A stretch of 64,000 nt of DNA from a candidate division FCPU426 bacterium (GTDB lineage Bacteria; Oederibacteriota; Muellerivitia; Muellerivitales; Muellerivitaceae), in contig CAVYSE010000023.1 of the NCBI GenBank assembly GCA_963771075.1, positions 32,001-96,000 of the forward strand. The letters run 5' to 3'. The notes below the pieces were generated by a model. The model did no database searches, had not been told where the DNA came from, and saw nothing but the letters and a program-made list of their open reading frames with translations. Of the stretch, positions 1-9,793 are shown piece by piece; position 1 is the stretch's first letter; each line of letters begins with the position of its first letter. The translations under genes and the position numbers were made by a program.

Positions 1-366
1 CACGAGGATATCTACGAGCAGTTAAAGGCCGAGGCTCAGGGCATGAAGATCCTGATGCATTGCTACTCCGCGGGTGAGGAATATGTGAAAAGATTCATGG
101 CCTTGAATTGTTATTTTTCAATTGCAGGTCCAGTCACATTTAAGAACGGCCAGGATATCCGCCTTTCCGTTTCCTTGATACCGCTAGATAGGCTGGTAGT
201 TGAGACGGACGCGCCTTACCTGACTCCCCATCCCCACCGAGGAAAGCGTAACGAGCCAGCCTATGTGAAACTTACCGCGGAAAAGGTTGCGGAAGTAAAG
301 GGGATTGGCTTTGACGAACTGGCCCGCCAAACGACCGAAACCGCCCGCCGATTTTTCAATCTTTAA
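1..366 (+). CDS. tatD: TatD-family hydrolase/DNase, 3' part (open to window start)
   Basis: Motifs MHCYS, VETDAPYL and GKRNEP; frame is open from base 1. Confidence 0.9.
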   Translation, partial: HEDIYEQLKAEAQGMKILMHCYSAGEEYVKRFMALNCYFSIAGPVTFKNGQDIRLSVSLIPLDRLVVETDAPYLTPHPHRGKRNEPAYVKLTAEKVAEVKGIGFDELARQTTETARRFFNL

Positions 367-410
367 TGGGCAATTAGGGTTTAAGAGGATGAAACTACCC
401 TAGGTTCAAC

Positions 411-1462
411 CCCCAGTTCAATAACGAAGTGCAACACTTAGGCCCGGCAGAACCCGGGGGTTATCCTAAGTTTCATGAAACAATCCTACAGGCATCTATT
501 GTTAGCCGAACGTGAAAAAATCTCTATTTGGAAGGCTCAAGGCCTTTCCCTGCGAAAAATCGCCAAACGCCTTGGCCGTGATGTTTCCAGCGTTTCCCGA
601 GAGTTGAAGCGCAACGCCCCTCCCTTACGTCCCGGCCGGTATCTTCCTGCCAGGGCTCACGATCGGGCCATCTTGCGCAACCAGATCTCTCGAACTCACT
701 TTCGGCTCAAGAAACCCGAACTGCGCCGGTATGTCTTGCGTAAACTTCGGCAAGGTCTTTCACCCGAACAAATCGCCGGTCAACTTCACCAGGAGAAATC
801 CAAAATCTCCATTTCCCACGAGGCCGTCTACCAGTTCATCTATAGCAAAGCTCGGCATCTCATTCCCTTCTTGGCTCGCTCCCATCGAAAACGACTTCGG
901 CGATGGCATTCCCACAATCACCGCAAAAGCCATATCCCACAACGCGTTTCAATCACCCAACGCCCTGCCATCGTCAAGGCACGGGACCAATACGGCCACT
1001 GGGAGATGGACACTATCATTTCCAGGCAGAGCAAAGCTTCTATCTTGGTCATGGTCGAAAGAAAGAGCCGACTGGTAAAACTTGCTTGGCTGCCCCAGAA
1101 ATCCGCGTCAAATACCCGTATGGCTATCAATCGTCGCCTCGGTCAATTTTCCAAGGGACTCCGCAGGACCATCACCTATGACAACGGCTCGGAGAACGTC
1201 GAACACCTCCAGGTCAATGCCGTTTTGGGCACTAGGTCTTTCTTCTGCCTGCCATTCCACAGTTGGGAAAAAGGCACCGTGGAAAACACCAACGGTTTGA
1301 TTCGACGCTTCTATCCGAAGAAAACCGATTTTGCTAACATAACCCCAGCTCAAGTCAGGCGCGTGGAACGGATTCTCAATGGTCGTCCCCGCAAGTGTCT
1401 TGGCTTCAAAACGCCGGAGCAAGTCTTTCGCCTAGGTGTTGCACTTACTGGTTGAATTCAGC
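411..1462 (+). mobile_element. IS30-family insertion sequence
   Basis: Imperfect inverted repeats TTCAATAACGAAGTGCAACACTTAGG (417-442) and CCTAGGTGTTGCACTTACTGGTTGAA (1431-1456). AAC flanks both inferred ends (408-410, 1463-1465), a possible 3-bp target duplication. Confidence 0.85.
475..1455 (+). CDS. IS30-family DDE transposase
   Basis: N-terminal HTH (LSLRKIAKRLGRDVSSVSRELKRN), GHWEMDT, TYDNGSE, WEKGTVENTNGLIR, RPRKCLGFKTP. Confidence 0.95.
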   Translation: MKQSYRHLLLAEREKISIWKAQGLSLRKIAKRLGRDVSSVSRELKRNAPPLRPGRYLPARAHDRAILRNQISRTHFRLKKPELRRYVLRKLRQGLSPEQIAGQLHQEKSKISISHEAVYQFIYSKARHLIPFLARSHRKRLRRWHSHNHRKSHIPQRVSITQRPAIVKARDQYGHWEMDTIISRQSKASILVMVERKSRLVKLAWLPQKSASNTRMAINRRLGQFSKGLRRTITYDNGSENVEHLQVNAVLGTRSFFCLPFHSWEKGTVENTNGLIRRFYPKKTDFANITPAQVRRVERILNGRPRKCLGFKTPEQVFRLGVALTG

Positions 1463-1735
1463 AACAAGAATCTTTATCCCTTAGCTTAAATGGGACTCGG
1501 AACAGATATCCATTCCAGTTGGCCTTGATTTCCGCGAAGGTTCAGGCGGCCTGGAAAGAACATGAAACATAAATATGGGAAATAAAAAGCCCAGAGAATA
1601 TACTTCCGTATTTTTTTATGCACTGATTTAGCAACAAATATCGGTAAAACCGACTTTAGTTCTAAAACCAACAGCCTTGGAAAACGAAGAGGGACAGGTA
1701 CAATAACCCCTCCTAGTTTGATAAAGGCGGTGTTC

Positions 1736-2761
1736 ATGATTCGGGAAGCTCTTTCCAAATTATCCCAAAAAAAATCTCTGACCGAGAAGGAAGCCTATGC
1801 TTGCATGATCGAGATCCTGGAGGGAACGGCCCTTCCTACCCAGGTGGCGGCCTATCTGGCCTTCTTGAACCTGGAATTCGAGACTCCCGCCGAGGTGGTG
1901 GGGAGCGTAAAGGCCATGCGTGACAAGATGGTGCGATTGAACGCCGAGGGGATGGATGCCATTGACGTTTGCGGGACCGGTGGGGACCACCGGGGAACAT
2001 TTAATATCTCTACCGCCGCCGCCCTAGTTCTGGCGGGTGGCGGGGTAAAAGTGGCCAAACATGGAAACCGCGCGGCTTCAAGCCAATGCGGGAGCGCTGA
2101 GGTGCTTGAGGCTTTGGGTGTCAAGATCGATCCCTCAATCCCTATCCTCGAAAAGTGTCTTAGGGAAGCGGGAATGGCCTTTTTATTCGCCCCCCATTTT
2201 CATCCGGCCATGAAAAACGTTGGGCCCATCCGCAAGGAACTGGGCATCCGGACCATTTTTAATGTGCTTGGGCCTATGAGCAACCCGGCTTCGGTGAGGC
2301 GCCAGGTGATTGGGGTTTTCGATGCCGAGAGGGCCCGCGTCATGGGCGAGGCCTTGATGGAGGCGGGCATGGACAGGGTGGTGACCTTGCATAGTAAGGA
2401 TGGACTGGATGAAGTTTCCAATGCCGATGAAACTTTTTTCTGGGAACTAGAACGGATGAAGGATGGAACCCTCAAGCGCTCGGTTGGCGTGCTACAACCC
2501 GAGCTTTTCGGTTTGTCACGCCGCAGCCTGGACGCCATCAAGGGGAGCGACGCCCCATCTAACGCTAAGATTTTGATTGGCATCTTAAACGGCGAAAAGG
2601 GCCCTCACCGCGATGCGGTCGTGATGAACGCTAGCGTGGGTTTCTACGTGGCGGGGAAATGCAATGCCATTCCCGACGGCCGGGCCCTCGCAGAGGAATC
2701 CATCGATTCAGGCAAGGCCCTGATCGTTTTGGGTCGTCTGAAGAAGGTTTCCAACGAATGA
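1736..2761 (+). CDS. trpD: anthranilate phosphoribosyltransferase
   Basis: DVCGTGGD, NISTAAA, KHGNRAASS, GLDE motifs; ATG at 1736 preferred over TTG at 1718. Confidence 0.95.
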   Translation: MIREALSKLSQKKSLTEKEAYACMIEILEGTALPTQVAAYLAFLNLEFETPAEVVGSVKAMRDKMVRLNAEGMDAIDVCGTGGDHRGTFNISTAAALVLAGGGVKVAKHGNRAASSQCGSAEVLEALGVKIDPSIPILEKCLREAGMAFLFAPHFHPAMKNVGPIRKELGIRTIFNVLGPMSNPASVRRQVIGVFDAERARVMGEALMEAGMDRVVTLHSKDGLDEVSNADETFFWELERMKDGTLKRSVGVLQPELFGLSRRSLDAIKGSDAPSNAKILIGILNGEKGPHRDAVVMNASVGFYVAGKCNAIPDGRALAEESIDSGKALIVLGRLKKVSNE

Positions 2762-3534
2762 GCATCCTTCAAAAAATCACCGAGACCAAAAATAGGGAAG
2801 TAGAGCGTCTTAAAAGAGAAAGGGGACTTCTTTCCCTCCGGGAAGGGGCCAAAAGGCAGGATCCGCCCAAAGATTTTCTATCTGCCGTTTGCCGGCCGGG
2901 AAAACTTTCACTGATCGGGGAACTCAAAAAAGCCAGCCCTTCAAAAGGGGTGTTGCGCTCGGATTTTGACCCGGAAGCAATTGCGAAAACCTATCATGAA
3001 GCTGACGCCCAAGCCCTCTCGGTTTTGACCGACGAGACCTATTTTCAAGGCCATCTATCCTTTCTAGGAATGGCCAAAAGAGCCTCGGCCCTGCCCGTCT
3101 TGCGTAAAGATTTCATCATTGACGAACACCAGGTGTACCAGGCCCGGGAAGCGGGGGCGGATGCGATCCTCCTCATCGTGGCTATGCTCGATGACGCCCG
3201 GCTGACGCAATTTCAGGATTTGGCTTGGTCCCTTTCCATGACGGCGCTGGTGGAGGTGCACAACGAACTGGAAATGGACAGGGCCTTAAGGTCCGGAGTA
3301 AAGCTTTTGGGGATTAACAACCGAGACTTAAATGAATTCTCCGTTTCTCTTCAGACCACTTATAAATTGCTTCATAAAGTCCCTAAAAACTTGCCAGTGG
3401 TAAGCGAAAGCGGGATAAAAAACCGGGAGGACGCTCAAACGTTGTGGCAAAAAGGAGTGACGGCCTTGCTGGTGGGAGAAACCTTCATGACTTCCCCGGA
3501 TATAGCTGCGGCCGTAAAGGCCTTGATGCCTTGA
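2758..3534 (+). CDS. trpC: indole-3-glycerol phosphate synthase
   Basis: ELKKASPSKG, LRKDFII, GINNRDL, SESGI; ATGA overlap with the trpD stop. Confidence 0.95.
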   Translation: MSILQKITETKNREVERLKRERGLLSLREGAKRQDPPKDFLSAVCRPGKLSLIGELKKASPSKGVLRSDFDPEAIAKTYHEADAQALSVLTDETYFQGHLSFLGMAKRASALPVLRKDFIIDEHQVYQAREAGADAILLIVAMLDDARLTQFQDLAWSLSMTALVEVHNELEMDRALRSGVKLLGINNRDLNEFSVSLQTTYKLLHKVPKNLPVVSESGIKNREDAQTLWQKGVTALLVGETFMTSPDIAAAVKALMP

Positions 3535-3541
3535 GGAATCC

Positions 3542-4165
3542 ATGTTTCGAGTGAAAATTTGCGGTTTAACCCGGGACAAAGACGTGCGTTGGGCCGCTCG
3601 TGCGGGTGCGGACGCGCTTGGGTTCCAGATGTCGCTTGGTCCCCGAAAACTTACGCCTGAGTCCGCTCGAAAACTTGTGAGGGCGGTTCCTCCTCTGGTG
3701 GTTCCGGTGGGAGTCTTTTTCAACGAACCGCTTGCAAAAGTCAAAAAGCTCGTGCGTTATTGCGGTTTCCTGGCCGTACAGCTTCATGGGGAAGAATCGC
3801 CGTTCTATTGTTCCCAAATGCACGTGCCGGTCCTGAAGTCCGCGCGTATGCGCTCTGCCGGGGCTTATAAACCTCTCCGGTCCTTCAAGGTTGCGGGCTA
3901 TCTTTTAGATTCTTATAATAAAAAGGCAGTAGGCGGCACGGGCATTAGTTTCGATTTTAAATGGGCCCAGGCCGCGGTTGAGGCCCTTCCCGCCCCGGTC
4001 ATCCTGGCGGGCGGTTTGAACCCAAGGAACGTCCAGGAAGCCATCCGTCTTTCGAAGGCTTTCGGGGTGGATGTGTCCAGCGGGGTTGAAAGCCGGCCCG
4101 GAGTCAAGGATCCCCGTCTCGTATCCCAATTTATCCGGCTCGCCAAGAGAGCCTTTAAGCAATGA
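3542..4165 (+). CDS. trpF: phosphoribosylanthranilate isomerase
   Basis: VKICGLT, QLHGEE, LAGGL, DVSSGVE. Confidence 0.95.
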   Translation: MFRVKICGLTRDKDVRWAARAGADALGFQMSLGPRKLTPESARKLVRAVPPLVVPVGVFFNEPLAKVKKLVRYCGFLAVQLHGEESPFYCSQMHVPVLKSARMRSAGAYKPLRSFKVAGYLLDSYNKKAVGGTGISFDFKWAQAAVEALPAPVILAGGLNPRNVQEAIRLSKAFGVDVSSGVESRPGVKDPRLVSQFIRLAKRAFKQ

Positions 4166-4183
4166 AAGGACCTGTCAACCTCC

Positions 4184-4768
4184 ATGGCTGACCAGAAATC
4201 GCTCATTATCAAACTGGCCCATATCTACTACCACACCGGCAGTTGGGATAAGGCCATCCTGGAATATGAAAAAATCATCGCCCTGGATCCCAATGACATC
4301 AACGTGCATTTGACTCTGGGGGAGCTTTACCAGAAAAAAGGTGATTTGGACCGGGCCTACAAGGAATACGAGCTTTCCGCCAATGGTTTTTTAAAGGAAA
4401 AAAACATCCGAAAGGCGTCAGCGGCATTCAGGGAGTTGGCCGGCTTGGTGCAAAAAATGGTGGAGCCGCAGGACTTGGACCGGGCCATTGAGATTTACAA
4501 GGCCATGCTTTCCAAAATCCCGGATTCACAGGAAGTCCTTACCAATTTGCGGGACCTTTACCTTCGACACAATCAAATGGAGGATGCTTTGAGCCGAACC
4601 CTGGAATTGGGGGATATGTACAACCAGTTGGATTACGTGGATAAGGCCATGGAGGAATATACCAAGGCCTGCTCCATCGATCCCGGCCATGAGGGAGCTC
4701 GGATGAAGCGTGACAAACTTAAGAATGACCTCGCCTCGCCACCGCCGCCCGCTGAACCGGGGAATTAA
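4184..4768 (+). CDS. tetratricopeptide-repeat protein
   Basis: Repeated helical TPR patterns (AILEYEKIIALDP, LGELY, LGDMY, YTKACSIDP). Confidence 0.85.
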   Translation: MADQKSLIIKLAHIYYHTGSWDKAILEYEKIIALDPNDINVHLTLGELYQKKGDLDRAYKEYELSANGFLKEKNIRKASAAFRELAGLVQKMVEPQDLDRAIEIYKAMLSKIPDSQEVLTNLRDLYLRHNQMEDALSRTLELGDMYNQLDYVDKAMEEYTKACSIDPGHEGARMKRDKLKNDLASPPPPAEPGN

Positions 4769-5977
4769 ATGGCCACTTATCCAGATTCCCAGGGTTATTT
4801 CGGCGTTTTCGGGGGCCGTTACGTTCCCGAAACGCTGATGGTGGCGCTAGATGAACTGACCAACGCCTATCAAAAGGCGAGGAAAGACCCGGATTTTAAA
4901 AACCGCTACCAAGAGCTTTTGAAAAATTATGACGGCCGTCCAACTCCCCTGACTTTTGCCCGAAACCTATCCAAAAAACTGGGTGGGAGCAGGATTTACC
5001 TGAAAAGGGAAGACCTGAACCATACGGGGGCCCACAAGATCAACAATTGCCTTGGACAGATCCTCCTGGCCGTCAAGATGGGGAAAAAGCGGATCATCGC
5101 GGAAACAGGGGCGGGTCAGCATGGGGTGGCGACGGCCACGGTCTGCGCGCTCTTCGGCCTGCCCTGTGAGATTTACATGGGCGAAGAGGACGTCCATCGG
5201 CAAGCCCTTAATGTTTTTCGCATGAGGCTCCTGGGCGCGAAGGTTCATTCCGTGACATCCGGAACCCGGACCCTGAAGGATGCTATGAGCGAGGCCATCC
5301 GCGACTGGGTAACCAACGTCCGCACGACCTATTACTTGATAGGCTCCACGGCCGGGCCGCATCCTTATCCCATGCTGGTGAGGGATTTTCAGCGGGTCGT
5401 GGGCGATGAGGCCAAAAGGCAAATTCGGGAGGCGGAGGGGCGATTGCCGGACGCTTTGGTCGCCTGCGTGAACGGTGGGTCAAACGCCATTGGACTTTTT
5501 TATCCTTTCTTGAGAGACCGGAATGTAAAGATGGTGGGTGTCGAAGCTGCGGGGGATGGAGTTGAAACTAAAAGAACCGCCGCGACCATGGCCAAGGGAA
5601 AACCGGGTATCCTTCACGGAAGCTACAGCTATGTGCTTCAAAGCCCGGAAGGACAAATCGCCGAAACCCATTCTATTTCGGCTGGCTTGGATTATCCGGG
5701 GGTGGGCCCCGAACATGCTTGGCTCAAAGACACCGGACGGGCCCAATATGTCTCTGCAACTGACCGCCAAGCCCTGAAAGCCTTCCAAACTCTTGCAGCC
5801 ACCGAGGGAATCCTGCCCGCTTTGGAAAGCGCCCATGCGGTTTTTCACGCCATGCGGATGGCACCCCGAATGAGCCGGAAATCCATCATTGTGGTCAACC
5901 TTTCCGGGCGTGGTGACAAGGACGTCAACACGGTTCTGGCGAAGCTGGGGATGGAATTAAAGGGAAGCAAGCCATGA
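4769..5977 (+). CDS. trpB: tryptophan synthase beta subunit
   Basis: [39 protein letters not shown]. Confidence 0.97.
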   Translation: MATYPDSQGYFGVFGGRYVPETLMVALDELTNAYQKARKDPDFKNRYQELLKNYDGRPTPLTFARNLSKKLGGSRIYLKREDLNHTGAHKINNCLGQILLAVKMGKKRIIAETGAGQHGVATATVCALFGLPCEIYMGEEDVHRQALNVFRMRLLGAKVHSVTSGTRTLKDAMSEAIRDWVTNVRTTYYLIGSTAGPHPYPMLVRDFQRVVGDEAKRQIREAEGRLPDALVACVNGGSNAIGLFYPFLRDRNVKMVGVEAAGDGVETKRTAATMAKGKPGILHGSYSYVLQSPEGQIAETHSISAGLDYPGVGPEHAWLKDTGRAQYVSATDRQALKAFQTLAATEGILPALESAHAVFHAMRMAPRMSRKSIIVVNLSGRGDKDVNTVLAKLGMELKGSKP

Positions 5978-6771
5978 ATGATACGCTAAACCGGGTATTT
6001 GAGGATGCCCGACGCGGCCGGAAAGCGTTGTTTTTTCCATATATCTGTTTAGGTTATCCGAGTTATTCCCTTAGCCTAGCCTGTGCCAGATCGGCTTTGA
6101 GGGCGGGGGCGGCGGGATTGGAACTGGGGTTGCCTTTTTCTGATCCCATCGCGGATGGTCCAACCCTTCAAATGGCTACCCAGCAAGCATTGAACCGGGG
6201 GACCAAGCCCGCGGATGTTTTCAAAGTGATTCGAACCCTTCGCCAAGAGGGATTTCAACAGCCTCTGTTGGTTATGAGTTATGCCAATCTTTTGGAGCGA
6301 ATGGGGTGGAAATACTTCGCCAGCCAGTTGGAGAAGGTGGGCGGGAGCGGAGCCATTGTTCCCGACTTGCCCCAGGAGAAGTTCAGTACCATCGGAAAGC
6401 CCCTTTTTGAACGTAATTTGTCATTAATACCCTTTGTGGCCCCCACCTCTGATCCGAATCGAATTCGTAAGGTCGATGCCATGAAGGCCCCCTTTTTATA
6501 TTATGTTTCGGTAACAGGTGTGACCGGGGCCAGGAAAACCCTCCCCGTCGGTCTTTTGAACGATCTGCGAAAGATTAAAAGGAAGATTCGCACCCCCCTT
6601 GTAGTCGGATTCGGCATATCAACCCCCCTTCAGGCCGCCCAAATCGGGAAAACGGCTGACGGGGTCATTATCGCCAGCGCCCTCATTAAGTTGATTTCGA
6701 AGATGCCAAGTGGACGTGTTTCCTTCGGGGTGGAGCGGTTTTGCCGGGACGTTTTGCGGAAAATGAGTTAA
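5974..6771 (+). CDS. trpA: tryptophan synthase alpha subunit
   Basis: [29 protein letters not shown]. Confidence 0.95.
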   Translation: MNDTLNRVFEDARRGRKALFFPYICLGYPSYSLSLACARSALRAGAAGLELGLPFSDPIADGPTLQMATQQALNRGTKPADVFKVIRTLRQEGFQQPLLVMSYANLLERMGWKYFASQLEKVGGSGAIVPDLPQEKFSTIGKPLFERNLSLIPFVAPTSDPNRIRKVDAMKAPFLYYVSVTGVTGARKTLPVGLLNDLRKIKRKIRTPLVVGFGISTPLQAAQIGKTADGVIIASALIKLISKMPSGRVSFGVERFCRDVLRKMS

Positions 6772-6844
6772 GTTTAGATTTAGGAGAACGAATTAAGGAG
6801 TCTTTTTCTAACTTTAGAAACGCGCTCATTTTTGGAGGCATCCA

Positions 6845-7693
6845 TTGGTTTGGTACAAAACACTCAAAAAAGCTATCACACAAACCCCGGTCGAGAACAA
6901 GGCCGTCCAGGTACCCGAAGGTCTTTACGCCAAGTGCAAGGGCTGTTCTGAAATTCTTTATAACCGGGACCTGGATAAGAACTTGCGGGTATGCCCGAAG
7001 TGCGGTTATCACTACCAGCTTTCGGCCCTCGAGCGGTTATACCTGACGTTGGATTCGGGAACCTTCCAGGAATTCGACGAGAAACTAACCTCCCTGAACC
7101 CCTTGGGGTTCCCTGAGTATGAGGCGAAGATCAAAAAGGGCCAGGACCGAACCAAAATGCTGGAGGGCGCGGTGACCGGATTGGGAAAGATCAACGGGCA
7201 AAACGTATCGATTGCCATCACCGATTTCCAGTTCATGGGTGGTAGCATGGGCAGCGTGGTGGGTGAAAAAATCACTCGGGCCGTGGAAAGAGCCATTTTG
7301 AGAAGGGTGGGTACGGTAATCATATCCTCTTCCGGGGGTGGGGCTCGGATGCAGGAGGGGATCCTTTCCTTGATGCAAATGGCCAAGATCTCAGCGGCCC
7401 TTTCCCGCTTAGGTGAGGCGGGACTGCCCTATATCTCGGTCCTGACCGATCCAACCGCTGGAGGCGTGGCCGCATCCTTCGGTATGCTGGGGGACGTCAA
7501 CTTGGCCGAACCCGGCGCCATGATCGGCTTCGCCGGTCCAAGGGTTATCGAGCAGACCATCCGGCAGAAACTTCCCAAGGGATTTCAACGCTCAGAGTTT
7601 CTGCTTGAGCATGGCTTTATTGACGTGATTGTCCCACGGCAGCAGGTGAAAGCAACGGTGGGTCAGTTCCTCAAATTCTTCCACCACAACTAA
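6845..7693 (+). CDS. accD: acetyl-CoA carboxylase carboxyltransferase beta subunit
   Basis: C4 zinc finger, FMGGSMGSVVGEKI, GGARMQEG, GFAGPRVI; trpA-accD-folC synteny. Confidence 0.95.
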   Translation: MVWYKTLKKAITQTPVENKAVQVPEGLYAKCKGCSEILYNRDLDKNLRVCPKCGYHYQLSALERLYLTLDSGTFQEFDEKLTSLNPLGFPEYEAKIKKGQDRTKMLEGAVTGLGKINGQNVSIAITDFQFMGGSMGSVVGEKITRAVERAILRRVGTVIISSSGGGARMQEGILSLMQMAKISAALSRLGEAGLPYISVLTDPTAGGVAASFGMLGDVNLAEPGAMIGFAGPRVIEQTIRQKLPKGFQRSEFLLEHGFIDVIVPRQQVKATVGQFLKFFHHN

Positions 7694-7698
7694 AAACT

Positions 7699-8982
7699 TT
7701 GCGCCTCAATCTGGATTCCCTGGAACGCCTTGGTTGGCGTTTTGGTTTGGAAACCACCCAAGCCCTGCTAGAGGCATTAGGCAATCCCCACCTGGGCCTT
7801 CGTATCGTGCATGTTGCGGGAACCAACGGCAAAGGGTCCACAAGCGCCTTTACCGCTTCCATCCTTAGGGAAAACGGGTACAAAACAGGTCTTTATACAT
7901 CCCCCCACCTTTGGGACGTTCGGGAAAGGTTCCGAATCAACGGCGTTTGGATTCCCCAAGCTGATTTTCGACGGCACTCCGGAAGGGTACTGGCCGCTTG
8001 CGGATCAGTTCAAAAACGGATGGGGCATTTACCCACTCAATTTGAGGCCCTTACCGCGGTGGCCTTCTTGTGGTTCAAGGAACAAAGGGTTGATTGGTTA
8101 GTGCTGGAAGTGGGACTGGGAGGACGTTTGGACGCAACCAACGTCATACCGGCGCCCGAGGCGGCGCTCATTACGCCCGTGGGGTTGGAGCATCGGGAAA
8201 TTTTGGGCAACAGCCTTCGACAGATTGCCCAAGAAAAAGCCGGGATTCTCAAAGCGGGGGGGCTGGCCGCAACGATTCAATCCCAACCAGAGGCTTTGGA
8301 ATCGGTGCTGAATATTGCAAGGCAAAGGGGTGTCGGTCTTTGGGTGGGAGGCAGGGATTTTCAATACCGCCGGGAGGGAAACCAATTCCACTGGGAAGGA
8401 CCCGGTCTCCACCGGTCCTTTCAGCTTCCCAGGTCTCCCGAGTTTCAAACCATGAACGCGGCTTTGGCCGTCGCGGGAGTGCAGATACTCCAAACCAGTG
8501 GAGCGAAGTTATCGGACGACAAGATTCAAAGGGGCCTCTCCGATATGCGTTGGCCGGGTCGGTTGGAACGGCTTCAAGCCGATCCATTGACGCTCTTAGA
8601 TGGGGCCCATAACCCGGAAGCGGCCAAGGCCCTTGCGTCGGCATTGAAAAGAGCCTATCCCCATCGAAAGATGATCCTCCTGAACGGATTTTTGAAGGAT
8701 AAAGACTATGCTTCTTGCGCGATGATCCTGGCCCCCCATACCCAATTGGCGGTGGTTTCAACCCCTCCCAGCGATCGTGCGGCGGAAGGACAAACGATCG
8801 TGAAAGGTTGGGAAGCGGCCGGGGTTCGTGCTCTTTGGGTCAACGATTGGAAACATGCGCTCGCGTTGTCGCGATCGCTCGCAAGACAAAAAAAGTGTCC
8901 CCTTTTGATCATGGGATCACTCTACCTGGGTGGGGCATGCCGCCATGAAATAATTGGAAACCGGGGGTTGGCTCGGATATAA
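7699..8982 (+). CDS. folC: folylpolyglutamate synthase/dihydrofolate synthase
   Basis: HVAGTNGKGS, YTSPHL, EVGLGGRLDATN, WPGRLE, DGAHN. Confidence 0.95.
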   Translation: MRLNLDSLERLGWRFGLETTQALLEALGNPHLGLRIVHVAGTNGKGSTSAFTASILRENGYKTGLYTSPHLWDVRERFRINGVWIPQADFRRHSGRVLAACGSVQKRMGHLPTQFEALTAVAFLWFKEQRVDWLVLEVGLGGRLDATNVIPAPEAALITPVGLEHREILGNSLRQIAQEKAGILKAGGLAATIQSQPEALESVLNIARQRGVGLWVGGRDFQYRREGNQFHWEGPGLHRSFQLPRSPEFQTMNAALAVAGVQILQTSGAKLSDDKIQRGLSDMRWPGRLERLQADPLTLLDGAHNPEAAKALASALKRAYPHRKMILLNGFLKDKDYASCAMILAPHTQLAVVSTPPSDRAAEGQTIVKGWEAAGVRALWVNDWKHALALSRSLARQKKCPLLIMGSLYLGGACRHEIIGNRGLARI

Positions 8983-8997
8983 ACCAATTGGTCTACT

Positions 8998-9747
8998 TTG
9001 TTATACTTGCAGGACATGCAGTTTGAAGGAGGACCCCGGTTGGCCAAATCAATGAAATCCCCCACCCTTTCCATCATCGTGCCGGTTTTCAACGAGGCAA
9101 AAACACTCCTGGCACTCCTGGATAAGGTTCAAGCGGTCAAGTTGAGGGGCCTGAAAAAACAGATCCTGGTGGTTGACGATGGTTCAGCGGATGGAACCAG
9201 GGATGTACTTAAAAAACTTCGAAAAAGCAGCATTGAGATTTATTTTCACGAAAAAAACCGTGGTAAAGGGGCGGCCATCCGAACGGCCATTCCCCATACC
9301 AAAGGGGATTACGTGGTGGTCCAAGATGCCGACCTGGAATATGATCCGGCGGATTATGAAAAACTTCTCGGACCTCTTCTGGAAGGGAAGGCGGATGTGG
9401 TTTATGGTTCACGGTTCATGGGTACCCATCAAGCCTTTGTTTTCTCCCATTACCTGGGGAATATTTTCTTAAGCTTTGTGACGACCCTTTTATATGGGAC
9501 TGTTTTGACCGATATGGAGACTTGTTACAAGGTTTTTAAGGGGGACATTCTGCGCGGGTTGACCCTTCGTTCCAATCGTTTTGAGTTCGAACCAGAGGTC
9601 ACCGCAAAGATTCTTAAAAAGAATTTCAAGATCTACGAGATGCCAATCTCCTACCACGGCCGAGGATTTTCGGAAGGGAAGAAGATTACTTGGAGGGACG
9701 GAATCACGGCTCTTTGGTGCCTGATTCGTTACCGGATATCGGATTAG
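8998..9747 (+). CDS. GT2 glycosyltransferase, polyprenol-phosphate sugar synthase-like (start may be downstream)
   Basis: IIVPVFNE, VDDGSADGT, NRGKGAA, QDADLEYDP, DMETCYK. Confidence 0.9.
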   Translation: MLYLQDMQFEGGPRLAKSMKSPTLSIIVPVFNEAKTLLALLDKVQAVKLRGLKKQILVVDDGSADGTRDVLKKLRKSSIEIYFHEKNRGKGAAIRTAIPHTKGDYVVVQDADLEYDPADYEKLLGPLLEGKADVVYGSRFMGTHQAFVFSHYLGNIFLSFVTTLLYGTVLTDMETCYKVFKGDILRGLTLRSNRFEFEPEVTAKILKKNFKIYEMPISYHGRGFSEGKKITWRDGITALWCLIRYRISD

Positions 9748-9793
9748 AAACACCGTTCAACAAAGTTCAAATATTCAATCCGGAAAACAAAAA

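Noticed and set aside
1463..1735. trp attenuator or leader peptide
   Set aside because: No short ORF with tandem Trp codons and no terminator/antiterminator pair was evident
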